A stretch of DNA of 64,000 nucleotides from Minisyncoccota bacterium (GTDB taxonomy: Bacteria; Patescibacteriota; Minisyncoccia; Phycocordibacterales; PALSA-1337): positions 10,467 to 74,466 of the forward strand of contig JBAZRG010000001.1 of NCBI GenBank assembly GCA_041663145.1, written 5' to 3'. The translations under genes were made by a program, and so were the position numbers. The notes below the pieces were generated by a model. The model worked only from the letters and a program-made list of their open reading frames with translations. It was not told the origin of the DNA and made no database searches. Below, in pieces: positions 47,595-57,700 of the stretch. How positions within the stretch are numbered: the stretch's first letter is position 1; every line of letters starts with the position of its first letter.

Positions 47595-47978
47595 ATGGAC
47601 GAAATATTTGATGAATGGAATGATTTAAAGAAGCAAATCTCTAAATCAGAAAAGAATATTTATTGTAAGACTCGAGACATCTGGTGGTGTTCGGTGGGGA
47701 TGAATATTGGAAGTGAGATCAATGGAAAGAATCACAATTTCGATAGACCGGTTATAATATTGAAAGTATATAATTCAACAATGATATTAGTGGCTCCAAT
47801 TACAAGTCGACAAAGAGTCGATAAATATCACTTTAGAATAATTCTTAATGGAGAGGTGTCATATATAGCATTGTCACAAATTCGAGTAATTAGCTCAAAG
47901 AGATTGATAAGAAAAATTATTAAAATTTCAACAGAATTATTCAAGGATATTTTATATAGATTTATATCATCAATATAA
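47595..47978 (+). CDS. MazF/PemK-family endoribonuclease toxin (solitary; no antitoxin ORF seen)
   Basis: RDIWWCSVGMNIGSEINGKNHNFDRPVIIL and LVAPITS fit the MazF/PemK signature GDIWxVDFxxxxGSExxGxRPxxVL..VxPxTS. Confidence 0.6.
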   Translation: MDEIFDEWNDLKKQISKSEKNIYCKTRDIWWCSVGMNIGSEINGKNHNFDRPVIILKVYNSTMILVAPITSRQRVDKYHFRIILNGEVSYIALSQIRVISSKRLIRKIIKISTELFKDILYRFISSI

Positions 47979-47982
47979 AACG

Positions 47983-48007
47983 AAATCCCCAACGAATGGG
48001 GATTTCT
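47983..48007 (+). terminator. weak terminator-like hairpin after mazF-like gene
   Basis: AAATCCCC-loop-GGGGATTTCT. Confidence 0.3.
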
Positions 48008-48161
48008 CGGAGCCCGAAGGCATAGTAGCTACATTATAGACGGTGAATTAATTAAAATCAACTTCCATTACCACCATATTTATGGGTTGATTTGTGGATA
48101 TTTATCAAACCATTTCTCTAGTATATGGTAGAATATAGTTGTTAAAATATAAGATAAATCC

Positions 48162-49193
48162 ATGAAAAAATTACGCGTAGCAATCAATGGTTTCGGTAGG
48201 ATCGGCAGGGCATTTTTGAAAGTAGCTAGAGAAAGACAAGAGATCGAGATCGTGGCTGTCAATGATCTGGGTGACATTAAAAATTTCGCATACCTGCTCA
48301 AATACGATTCCGCCTACGGTGTGAGCCCATTTGACGTCTCCGTAAATGAAAAAAATAATACTTTGGTCATAGATGGTCAAGAAGTTCAGTATCTCTCCGA
48401 AAAAGAGCCAGCCAATCTTCCATGGAAAAAGCTCGATATCGATGTGGTCGTCGAATGTACGGGAAGATTCACCTCATCTGACAAAGCAAAAGTTCATCTG
48501 GATGCCGGTGCAAAGAGGGTAGTGGTATCTGCCCCTATCAAAGACGAAGAAGATTCTTCCATAAAAGGCGAAACAGTTCTTCTCTCCATGAATGAAGACA
48601 AGCTCGAAAATTGCAAAATATCTTCCAACGCTTCCTGCACCACCAATGCCGGCAGTCCGCTCATCGCAATTCTCGATGAAACTATCGGTGTCGAGAAAGC
48701 TCTCTTGAATACGGTGCATGGTTATACTGCCAGTCAATCTCTAGTCGATGGTCCAAGCAAAAAAGATCTACGCGAAGGTCGCGCCGCCGCTCAAAACCTA
48801 GTTCCATCCTCTACTGGCGCGGCGATTGCCGTTACAAAAGTCATGCCCAAGCTCAAGGGTCTGTTCGATGGTATTTCTATCCGCGTACCAGTGCTTACTG
48901 GCTCTATCGTCGACGTCACTTTCATTTCCAAAAGAGAAACTTCTGTCGAAGAGGTCAATAAGATCCTCAAAAAAGCGGCAGAGGAAGACCGCTGGAGGAA
49001 TATCTTTACCGTAACCGAAGAACAGCTTGTCTCAAGCGATATTGTCGGCAACAGGCACGCTTCCATCGCCGATTTGGCATTCACACGCGTGGTTGGAGGG
49101 AATCTGGTAAAAGTGCTGGCGTGGTATGACAATGAGATGGGGTATACGTATACGTTGGTCGAGCATGTGATAAAGGCGGGGAGGCTTATTTAA
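48162..49193 (+). CDS. gap: glyceraldehyde-3-phosphate dehydrogenase
   Basis: INGFGRIGR and the active-site SNASCTTN motif. Confidence 0.9.
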   Translation: MKKLRVAINGFGRIGRAFLKVARERQEIEIVAVNDLGDIKNFAYLLKYDSAYGVSPFDVSVNEKNNTLVIDGQEVQYLSEKEPANLPWKKLDIDVVVECTGRFTSSDKAKVHLDAGAKRVVVSAPIKDEEDSSIKGETVLLSMNEDKLENCKISSNASCTTNAGSPLIAILDETIGVEKALLNTVHGYTASQSLVDGPSKKDLREGRAAAQNLVPSSTGAAIAVTKVMPKLKGLFDGISIRVPVLTGSIVDVTFISKRETSVEEVNKILKKAAEEDRWRNIFTVTEEQLVSSDIVGNRHASIADLAFTRVVGGNLVKVLAWYDNEMGYTYTLVEHVIKAGRLI

Positions 49194-49207
49194 TAAATAA
49201 TTTTATG
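49165..49207 (+). repeat. direct repeat A (~45 bp) spanning the gap 3' end and the next gene's initiation region
   Basis: atgtgataaaggcggggaggcttatttaataaataattttATG. Repeated at 49588-49631 with 2 substitutions and small indels. Confidence 0.6.
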
Positions 49208-49588
49208 AATAGAGAAAGAGTATTAAATTGGATAGGAGGACTATGGTTTTTTATAAACTTGCCGATTATTCCATTTGCAGGCTCCGTGGTGAATGCATTT
49301 GCTATGGAGTATTTCTCAGATTACCGAATAGCATTTGCAACCATTACATTCATTGTATTTTTGATAGTCTTGTCCTTAAGTAAGATTTGGTTAGGTAAGC
49401 TGATAAAGGCTCCTGTAATTTTATCTGCGATACCATTTCTATACGCTACTTTACAACTCGTTGCGGTTCAGGATTATTTAGTTCAGCATCGCCCAGTACT
49501 TTTTGGAATAATAGGTATTGTTCTTGTTGTTGTGATATGCACAGTTGTTATAAAAGCAATGCGAGGAGAACTTAATAAGAAGCTCTGA
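49205..49588 (+). CDS. hypothetical membrane protein (127 aa)
   Basis: Four hydrophobic segments; bracketed by the 45-bp direct repeats. Confidence 0.45.
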   Translation: MNRERVLNWIGGLWFFINLPIIPFAGSVVNAFAMEYFSDYRIAFATITFIVFLIVLSLSKIWLGKLIKAPVILSAIPFLYATLQLVAVQDYLVQHRPVLFGIIGIVLVVVICTVVIKAMRGELNKKL

Positions 49589-49631
49589 TGTGATAAAGGC
49601 GGGGAGATTAATTTAATAATTTATAAATATG
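49588..49631 (+). repeat. direct repeat B (copy of the 49165 repeat)
   Basis: atgtgataaaggcggggagattaatttaataatttataaatATG. Confidence 0.6.
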
Positions 49632-50150
49632 AAAAATTTACAAAAAGGTTCGGTTATACTGTGGGTAGTTATTATAGTAATAATCGGCGTAGGTATTTAT
49701 TATTATCAAACCAAAAATCCCGCTAGTTCAGCGAATATCAGTATCAATTCAGAGACCTATAGCAATTCAGCTTCACCAATTTCGTTCCAATACCCTTCAA
49801 GTTGGAAAGTAACTGATGTAAGCAAACCACAGTCTAGTCTTCTGCGCATTAGGATCTCAAAAGATGAAAACCATTTTATTAACCTTACTACTCCGATTCC
49901 GGAAATTGGTTACGAGGGTGAAGTAACATTGAGTTCAACAACAATTAGTACGCAGAATGGACAGACATTAGTTAGAATGATTTCTTCAATAGAAGGTGAA
50001 GAAAATAATTATCATATCGCTCGAGTATTTTGGGACTCTACAGATTATCAAAAATCTTTTACCTTTACGATGCCGTATAAAACATCCGATGAAACTTCAG
50101 CTTTGAAAGATTTTGATTCGATAATTTCGTCGATTAAATTCATAAAATAG
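49629..50150 (+). CDS. hypothetical N-terminally anchored secreted protein (173 aa)
   Basis: N-terminal TM/signal segment GSVILWVVIIVIIGVGIYYY. Confidence 0.45.
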   Translation: MKNLQKGSVILWVVIIVIIGVGIYYYQTKNPASSANISINSETYSNSASPISFQYPSSWKVTDVSKPQSSLLRIRISKDENHFINLTTPIPEIGYEGEVTLSSTTISTQNGQTLVRMISSIEGEENNYHIARVFWDSTDYQKSFTFTMPYKTSDETSALKDFDSIISSIKFIK

Positions 50151-50300
50151 GTAAATACTAATAATATTTACCGCTATAATCTGCCGTAAATGAAAACAGC
50201 ATCCTATATGGGTGCTGTCTTGGCAAAAGAATTCGCCGACCACAGTTAAGTGATCGGCGGGAAATTTTGAGTGGCTTGTTATGTTTCGAGGTGCCACACA

Positions 50301-50495
50301 TTACCTCTTCGTAACGTATAGTAGCATGTCAATCACCTCAATGGCCGGAATGTCATGGTCAGGATTGTATCTGTCTGCTTCGAGCCGTAGGTCATTGAGA
50401 TTCTGTGTGCGTTCCGGTTCGGCGAGAAGATTTGCAGCCTTAATCGCTCTAGCAACTCCGAAGTGGATGAGTTCAGCTTTAATTGTTGGGTTCAT
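50301..50495 (-). CDS. hypothetical small protein (~64 aa), possibly leaderless
   Basis: Well-formed helical ORF. Minus-strand TTGACA-N18-TATAAT lies immediately upstream; ATG is ~13 nt after the -10 (GTG 4 codons earlier). Confidence 0.35.
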   Translation of the reverse strand: MNPTIKAELIHFGVARAIKAANLLAEPERTQNLNDLRLEADRYNPDHDIPAIEVIDMLLYVTKR

Positions 50496-50508
50496 AGGAT
50501 CTGGCACT

Positions 50509-50538
50509 ATTATAGCACTAATAAAAGTAGTCTGTCAA
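50509..50538 (-). promoter_or_regulatory. near-consensus sigma70 promoter TTGACA-N18-TATAAT (minus strand)
   Basis: Minus strand reads cttgaca gactacttttattagtgc tataat. Confidence 0.5.
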
Positions 50539-50596
50539 GTGTTGAAAAGGCTCTATAGAGCGGGTGCCAGCATGGTATAATAACCCAATCTAGTAT

Positions 50597-51091
50597 ATGT
50601 ATATGCAACCCAATCAACAAACATTTCGCATCCTATCGATTATATTTTTCGGATTAATGACAATTTGGAACCTTTTTATTGTTGCAGGAGCAGTTTTTTC
50701 TGCCGCTTGGTCTCATACTCCAAAAATACTTTGGTATGCACTTGGTGTCTGGGTGGTTGTGTTTCTGATCGCATTGATCTTCAGTTCATCTACAGTTAAA
50801 GTCGATTATAAGAAAAAATCCCTTGTAATTTTAGTCGCAATAATTGTCAGTTTTCTTCCAACATCTCTACCTATTTTTGGTTCTCAAATAAATAGTTATA
50901 TTCAATCTTGGGAAGCAGAACATTGTACAGTTAGCAATGAAAAAGTAGATCCTTCGCTCAGCGCCCCTGACTTTATTTATGTTTGTGACAATGGTGATAA
51001 AGTTTGGGTCTATAAGGAAGGAGATAGCATAAAACGATTGTGGGATAGCGGCAACTCCAACACTCATTATCCCTATAGCTTATTTTATTGA
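50597..51091 (+). CDS. hypothetical membrane protein (164 aa)
   Basis: Three N-terminal TM helices, then a soluble domain. Confidence 0.45.
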   Translation: MYMQPNQQTFRILSIIFFGLMTIWNLFIVAGAVFSAAWSHTPKILWYALGVWVVVFLIALIFSSSTVKVDYKKKSLVILVAIIVSFLPTSLPIFGSQINSYIQSWEAEHCTVSNEKVDPSLSAPDFIYVCDNGDKVWVYKEGDSIKRLWDSGNSNTHYPYSLFY

Positions 51092-51246
51092 GGCAGAATT
51101 CTCTCGTTAGGAGGAAGGTTTGAAATCGAAAAGTATAGAACGTATAGATTAATCATGAAACCATGAAGATCATAGAAAGAATATCAGTATTGGAAATAAA
51201 AATCTGGTATAATCCGTTAATAAAAGTTAAATATTAAATAAAAATA

Positions 51247-51981
51247 ATGAATAATAAATTCTTATCAGCTCCATTTGTATTACCGGCACTCGTTATAGGT
51301 CTAGCTATATTGTTGTCATCCTTTGTTGGAGCTGCAACTTTCCTCAAGGCTCGCAGTCTCGATGACGCTCTTTCGGTAACGGGTTCTGCAAAGATGCGCG
51401 TAACTGCTGACTCCGTCAAATGGAGCTTCAATATTTCGAGAAGAGTCACTGAATACACTCTTCAGAGCGGATATTCCAATATGGCCAAAGATCTTACTGC
51501 TGTTAAAAATTTTCTCAGCCAGAACGGTCTCAAAGAAGAACAGATAACCATTGCGCCAATATACATGGAAGAGATGTACAAGGATCCAAATTCATCCGGA
51601 CCCAGAGAGATCACTCTTCGTCAGAGCATAATGGTCCAATCGACCGATGTAGCGGGAATCACAAGTCTGGCAAAAAGTACTGAGATATTGACTACAACAG
51701 GCATTTTTCTTTCATCATTTTCTCCAGAATATTTCTATTCCAAACTCGCCGAGCTTCGCGTGAGTCTGCTCTCTGATGCAATAAAAGACGCAAAAGCCAG
51801 AGCAAATGAGATTGCGAAAAGTAGTGGACAATCGGTGGGAAGTCTCAAGTCCGCGTCGAGCGGTGTCGTACAGGTACTCGCTCCGAATAGTGTCGAAGTA
51901 GATAGTTATGGATCATACGATACTTCATCTATTGAAAAGGACGTCATGGTTACAGTTAGGGCGGTATTCTTTGTGAAATAA
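51247..51981 (+). CDS. SIMPL/DUF541-family periplasmic protein (YggE-like)
   Basis: Signal anchor, then VTGSAKMRVTADSVKWSFNISRRV...VRAVFFVK, typical of the SIMPL domain. Confidence 0.5.
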   Translation: MNNKFLSAPFVLPALVIGLAILLSSFVGAATFLKARSLDDALSVTGSAKMRVTADSVKWSFNISRRVTEYTLQSGYSNMAKDLTAVKNFLSQNGLKEEQITIAPIYMEEMYKDPNSSGPREITLRQSIMVQSTDVAGITSLAKSTEILTTTGIFLSSFSPEYFYSKLAELRVSLLSDAIKDAKARANEIAKSSGQSVGSLKSASSGVVQVLAPNSVEVDSYGSYDTSSIEKDVMVTVRAVFFVK

Positions 51982-51988
51982 AAATAAT

Positions 51989-52030
51989 GTGACCTTGCGA
52001 GTTGTGTCGGAACAATGTTCACCGAGCTCA
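51989..52030. repeat. solo end fragment of the palindromic repeat element (partial copy 5)
   Basis: gtgaccttgcgagttgtgtcggaacaatgttcaccgagctca matches the right ~42 nt of copy 3, but no core or hairpin follows. Confidence 0.65.
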
Positions 52031-52054
52031 TGTAAATGATATAATGCTTGCACC

Positions 52055-52840
52055 ATGAACATTATCGAAGCACTCATACTCGGCCTCGTCGAAGGTTTTA
52101 CGGAATTTTTGCCGATATCATCGACAGCACATCTCATACTGACTTCTCATATTTTAGGCTTGGCACAGTCGGATTTTGTGAAGACTTTTGAGATTGCAAT
52201 ACAGAGCGGGGCAATTTTGGCAGTTCTAGTTTTTTATTGGAAGAAATTCTTTGATGTCGAAACCTTGAAAAGGATTGTTACGGCATTTATACCAACTGCC
52301 GTCATCGGACTTATTCTGTATAAATTCATCAAGCAATATTTATTCGAAAATATTACGGTTATTTTATGGGCTTTGGCTCTGGGTGGTCTGGCACTCATAA
52401 TCATGGAGATATTTTTGCGACGTGGTGATTCTAAGGGTCTGTCCGAAGATAGTGACGTGGCGCCGGAATTACCTACATACAAACAAGCTCTTTTTATTGG
52501 TCTTATTCAGTCCATAGCTGTCATTCCTGGAGTATCTCGATCAGCGGCAACAATAATGGGTGGTTTATTGCTAGGATTGAGTCGATCAGTGATTGTTGAA
52601 TTTTCTTTTCTGTTAGCCGTTCCGACTATTGCGGCCGCTACTCTCCTCGATCTCACAAAAAATTATCAGTATTTTTCTATGAGTGATGCGGGTACACTTC
52701 TCATCGGTTTTGTATCTGCCTTCATAACAGCTTGGTTCGGTATCAAATTCCTATTGGCTTACGTACGCACCAATTCATTTATCGGTTTTGGAGTATACAG
52801 GATTGTTCTTGTTTTGTTATTTATATTTCTTATTCTCTAA
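52055..52840 (+). CDS. uppP: undecaprenyl-diphosphatase
   Basis: EGFTEFLPISSTAHL motif; 8 TM helices. Confidence 0.85.
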   Translation: MNIIEALILGLVEGFTEFLPISSTAHLILTSHILGLAQSDFVKTFEIAIQSGAILAVLVFYWKKFFDVETLKRIVTAFIPTAVIGLILYKFIKQYLFENITVILWALALGGLALIIMEIFLRRGDSKGLSEDSDVAPELPTYKQALFIGLIQSIAVIPGVSRSAATIMGGLLLGLSRSVIVEFSFLLAVPTIAAATLLDLTKNYQYFSMSDAGTLLIGFVSAFITAWFGIKFLLAYVRTNSFIGFGVYRIVLVLLFIFLIL

Positions 52841-52845
52841 AATGA

Positions 52846-53253
52846 TTGTCTATGGCGATGAAATTCATCCAGAACTTCAATATCAGGAATATTTTTTCAC
52901 TTAGACGTTCGGTATATCGAACACGAAGTCGTAGACTTTATGTTGCAAACAAACAGCTGGCTAGAGAAATTGTTACTGATAGAGTTTTACATTTCAATCA
53001 TCACTACTTGTTAACAGTAGGAAAAATAGCTATTAGAAACCAAAAAAGTCGATGGGGAAGTTGTTCCAAAAAGGGAAATCTGAACTTTAACTACAAACTA
53101 GTATTTTTGTCTCCGGAATTGCGTGACTACGTCATTGTGCATGAAATTTGTCATATCAAAGAGTTCAATCACGGCAAACAGTTTTGGGAATTGGTGAAAG
53201 AGACCATTCCAAACTATGGTGAACTGAGAAAGCAGTTGCGTAAAATATCATAG
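52846..53253 (+). CDS. YgjP-like metal-dependent hydrolase (DUF45; HExxH)
   Basis: VIVHEICHIKEFNHGKQFWELV matches the YgjP-family HELxHLxxxNHSxxFW motif. Confidence 0.55.
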   Translation: MSMAMKFIQNFNIRNIFSLRRSVYRTRSRRLYVANKQLAREIVTDRVLHFNHHYLLTVGKIAIRNQKSRWGSCSKKGNLNFNYKLVFLSPELRDYVIVHEICHIKEFNHGKQFWELVKETIPNYGELRKQLRKIS

Positions 53254-53311
53254 TCAGACTAGCCATAAAAATGTGCTGAAAAATTTACTTAAATAATAGT
53301 AACAGACTATT

Positions 53312-54664
53312 TTACGCGGAATTGCCCGCTACCCAGCCGGTAGTCCAACATAACTGCAGACTATATCCTCCAGAAGGTCGATCAACATCCAATACGTCGC
53401 CTATGAGATATAGGTTCAGTATGATTCTCGATCGCATTGTTTTGAAATCGATCTCTTTGAGTGATACACCGCCCGAAGTTATGATGGCTTTATCTGTCCC
53501 TAGAAGTCCGGTTGGGTGAATGTGAATATCTTTGAGAATCTTTACCAGATTGAGACGATCTTCGCGCGTAACGCTGTTGCATGGTAAGTCTGGATTTATG
53601 CCGGATTTTTCGATGACTATCGGTCCAAAAGCGGTCGGTATGAGTTTGATAATGGCATTTTTGAATTTCTTATTGTTTTCCTCGGCAAATAATTTTTGAA
53701 GTGCCAAGTTTAGTGTCGCGTAATCATGATTTGGTAAAAGATCTAGAGATAGGACCAATTCACCATATTTGAGCAGTTCTCCGATTTCTGAACTGATATT
53801 GAGGATGGCTGGTCCAGACAAGCCAAAATGAGTAAAGAGTATTTTACCTCTGATTACCGATTGTTTACCAGAGACTTTTATTCCATTTTGGAATAGGGTC
53901 AGCTTGGCATCGGACATCGATACACCTGAGAGTTTTTTTACCCACAGATCTTTGACTTTTACGGGAACCAACGAAGCGCTTGGTGTGATGATCGTATGGC
54001 CCAATTTGGAAAGCCATGCAAATCCTTCTCCAGTCGAACCGGTTTCGGGGTGTGACTTGCCTCCGGTAGCCAATACAAATGATTTGGCAAAAATAGTTTC
54101 GCCGCCTTTGATTCGTACAGCAGTGATTTTTTTGATCGAGGTAGATGTTGGCAGAAACTCTGTCAGAGGCTTCGGTTGAGATTCTGATACAGATTCAGAC
54201 AGAGATTCCGGTAGAGGTTCTGTATCAAAACCGATTACTTCAGAATTTGATTTGATTGTGACATTTCCGGTATTTAAATATTGCAATAATGTCTCAAAAA
54301 CCGATTTGGCGCTGTCTGAAGCAGGGAAGACACGTTTTCCCTCTTCTATTTTTGTCGGCATGCCTCTTCCATGAAAAAAATCCAATGTTTCCGCGACGCT
54401 ATGTTGTGAGAATGCTGAAAATAAGAATTTATCGCTTTCTTTGAATTTTGAAAGAAGTGTCCTATTGTCCATCTCGGCATTTGTAACATTGCATCTTCCA
54501 CCACCTGTAATAAGGAGTTTTTTGCCTAAAGAGGCGTTTTTTTCAATCAAAATCACTTTGAGATTGCGTTCAGCTGCGCGTCCGGCCGCCATCATGCCAG
54601 AGGGACCGCCTCCGATCACGGCGAGATCATATATGGTTTCATTATTCGATTTCACGTTGTGCAT
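53312..54664 (-). CDS. HI0933-like FAD-dependent oxidoreductase (BaiN/YhiN family)
   Basis: YDLAVIGGGPSGMMAAGRAA dinucleotide fold and GKKLLITGGGRCNVTN family motif. Confidence 0.75.
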   Translation of the reverse strand: MHNVKSNNETIYDLAVIGGGPSGMMAAGRAAERNLKVILIEKNASLGKKLLITGGGRCNVTNAEMDNRTLLSKFKESDKFLFSAFSQHSVAETLDFFHGRGMPTKIEEGKRVFPASDSAKSVFETLLQYLNTGNVTIKSNSEVIGFDTEPLPESLSESVSESQPKPLTEFLPTSTSIKKITAVRIKGGETIFAKSFVLATGGKSHPETGSTGEGFAWLSKLGHTIITPSASLVPVKVKDLWVKKLSGVSMSDAKLTLFQNGIKVSGKQSVIRGKILFTHFGLSGPAILNISSEIGELLKYGELVLSLDLLPNHDYATLNLALQKLFAEENNKKFKNAIIKLIPTAFGPIVIEKSGINPDLPCNSVTREDRLNLVKILKDIHIHPTGLLGTDKAIITSGGVSLKEIDFKTMRSRIILNLYLIGDVLDVDRPSGGYSLQLCWTTGWVAGNSA

Positions 54665-54728
54665 AGTAACACAGATATTTCGGATGAGTATATGGTAGAA
54701 TAATTAATATTACCCATTAACTATTCTT

Positions 54729-57700
54729 ATGGCTACTTCTAAAAAATCTTACATTATTTCTTTATTCATATGTTCGATTTTAGTTTCCGTCTTCGCTTAC
54801 ACAATATCGACAAATGCGGTAAATGCTCAAACCTTTGAATATGGATTCAAGTGTTATAACACTTCCACGGGACAGTATGGAACCTTAGAAGGTCCGCCAG
54901 GATTTCAGACTTGTACAGGACCATATTATGGTGGTTCTACGGGTTCTGGTGATGATGAATCAGTTAGTATTCTAGGAGACGGATCATGTCCATCTATTAA
55001 ACTTCATCCCATTCCTGGGATATGGTTCGATATATTAAGTGCGCATTATAATTTAGGTTGTGTAAACGGAACTCCGCGTCAATTTTATGGTACCGTTGGA
55101 GATATTATAGAACTTCCTAACGGTAAGCAAATAACTGTGTCCGAAAAAGGCTTCGATTTTAAATGTGCGATCGGATTAAAGAATGATAACGGTTGTCCTA
55201 CTAGATTGTTAAGACCTGGTTATAAAGTAACTATTTCAACAGTCGGCTCTGGAATTGTCTCGGGTTGTGATGGTATCTGTACGGTCTTACAGGTTAAAAA
55301 AGGAAGTGTTATCACTTTGAAAGCCGAACCCAAGCCTGGCAGTAAGTTCAAGCAGTGGAGCGGAGGATGTTCTGGTACTATAGATGTTTGCGAGCGTACG
55401 ATAAATGCTGATACGAATATTTCAGCCGTTTTTGCGTCTACTAGTGATATTGTTCTTGCAAATGTAAATCCCACAGCTTCGGCACCGGGGAAAATAATTA
55501 CGGTCAAGGGTACCGGTTTTAATGCCAAGGGTAACTCTGTTCGCGTTACGAATGCTAAGAATTCGGCCAATTTTGTAGTTATACCAAATGTATCCTCCAC
55601 TAATGATACTTTGACCGTGGAATTGCCTACATCTTTATCAAAAATGAACAGTGGTGATTTTGTCGTAGATGTAAAAAATACTGATAGTGATTGGAGCAAT
55701 CAACTCTCACTAAAACTCACCATCACAAAAATCATTGCAGTTGTACTTATGAACTCAGGTAAGATCGGTACTCCCGGCTCAAATCCAACTCTGGAATATT
55801 TGCAAAGCATTTCCGAAGGTTCGACTATCATCCCATATCGTTTCCAAGCTCCAGCCAAGATCACTGCGACTGTTCGCAAGGTTGTCGATCAGGAATTGCG
55901 GGCTAAAAATAAAGTCATATTGATCGGACATTCTGTCGGAGCGTTTTTGATCTACAATATGCGTGGTGAATATGATAAAAACGGAGGAAATGTCCAATTC
56001 ATGTACTTTGATCCGCCAGTCAAATTTATAGGAGGAAAAGCCTGTTTCAATGTCTTTGGTGGGCTTTTCGCGGCGGCTCATAAGGCGATATGTGATGGAG
56101 TTGCAGATGATCCAAATACTAAAAACTGGACGTATGGACAGGCTATTGGTTTTGCTTTCAAGACTTTCAAATTCCATAATCCTTTTGACTATCCAAATGT
56201 CAGACAAGCGGCGCCAAACGGTAAGACAAACGCTGAAAATCTGGCGGATCTTACGGAAGATATCGAAAATCGATTGATTGCGGATTGTACAGATAATTGT
56301 TCTTTTGAGGTAACTCCTCTCTCCAGTGTTTTAAAAACTCCACCAAAGAATATCAAGGTGATCAATGAAGCAAGTGCGACCATATCAACTATTCGACCAG
56401 GAGATACAGTCATCATATCCGGCACAGGTTTTAATTCCGGCGGAAATCATGTCACTATAGAAAATAAAGCCGATCCATTCATCTATTATGATCAATACGA
56501 TCTCATTCCAGATGCAAACGGTCATCTCAATTTCACACTTCCCGAAGGTCCTGATATACAAGATGAAGATAATCCGGTTAGTACGGTTCCGGGTGCATAT
56601 ACTCTGAAAGTAAGCGCACTCGATAGTGACTGGAGTTCTAGTATTACAGTGAATATATCGACATCAGGTAAACTCAAGGCTGAGATGTCGAAGTCCGGTA
56701 AGGTCAAATTGACATGGGATGATACAGCCAGCAATGAGACGGGATTCCAGATCGAACGCGCTCTCGACAAAGATGGAAAGAGTTTCAAACTGATCGCTAC
56801 AAATCCGGCAAACAATACGACATATGTAGATGATCTCAATTCAACTGCTCTCACATCAACTATTGAGACATATCGAGTCAGGGCAGTATTGCCTAGCAGA
56901 AAATATTCCGAGTATACGAATACTGCATCTGTTTCGAATTGTCTCAGTGTGGCAGGTGAGGGTCAGATAAAAGTTGTGTTTATGAGAGGATCGAGCTGGA
57001 ATCCGAAAATCCAAGATGCCATGAATCAGGTGAACTATATTATAGACAATGGTTTTGGTGAAATCGAACCATTCAAAAAATATTTCGATAGTTTTTCTTT
57101 CTATCTAGATTTGAAGACGGTCAAAGAATCATCTTACAGCAAAGTCACAACAGCTTCAAAAAAGAAAGCCTTTTCTCCTTCAGCATTGGTATCGATGAAG
57201 TCGGCCAGCAGTTGCGGTGATGGGGACCAATACACTCTATATGTCAATTCTTCTGAATATATTGGAGGCACCAGTCAATTTAGTTCCAATTTCAGTCTTC
57301 TCAATTTGGCAGTCTCCAACAGTCCTGCTGTGGCACTCCACCAATTTGCTCGTGCTTTGGCGGGATTGCAGGATGAATATGTTTCTTCGGAGACAGTTGG
57401 ATCATTGAAGAATTGCAGTATGTATCCTAAGAAAGATTATAAGGGTGATGACAATATTATCTACGGCAGTATCAACACTCCAGGGTGTGCAAAATCGGAT
57501 TATTGGCGACCAAGTTATGATAGTCTGATGAATGAAAATGAGCTCAATTCCGATCCACGAATGAATGTCATTTCGTGTGGTTATATGATCGCTGCACTCC
57601 GAGGTGAACCTACTACGAAGTCAAATGCTCAAAAATATTGGCCGGAATGTTATAGCATGGCAGGAACAGGCGACATCATCATGGATGGTATGCTAAATCC

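Noticed and set aside
50281-50580. 99-aa + strand ORF
   Set aside because: Ser/Arg-rich, no start context, and overlaps the better-supported minus-strand small ORF and its consensus promoter.
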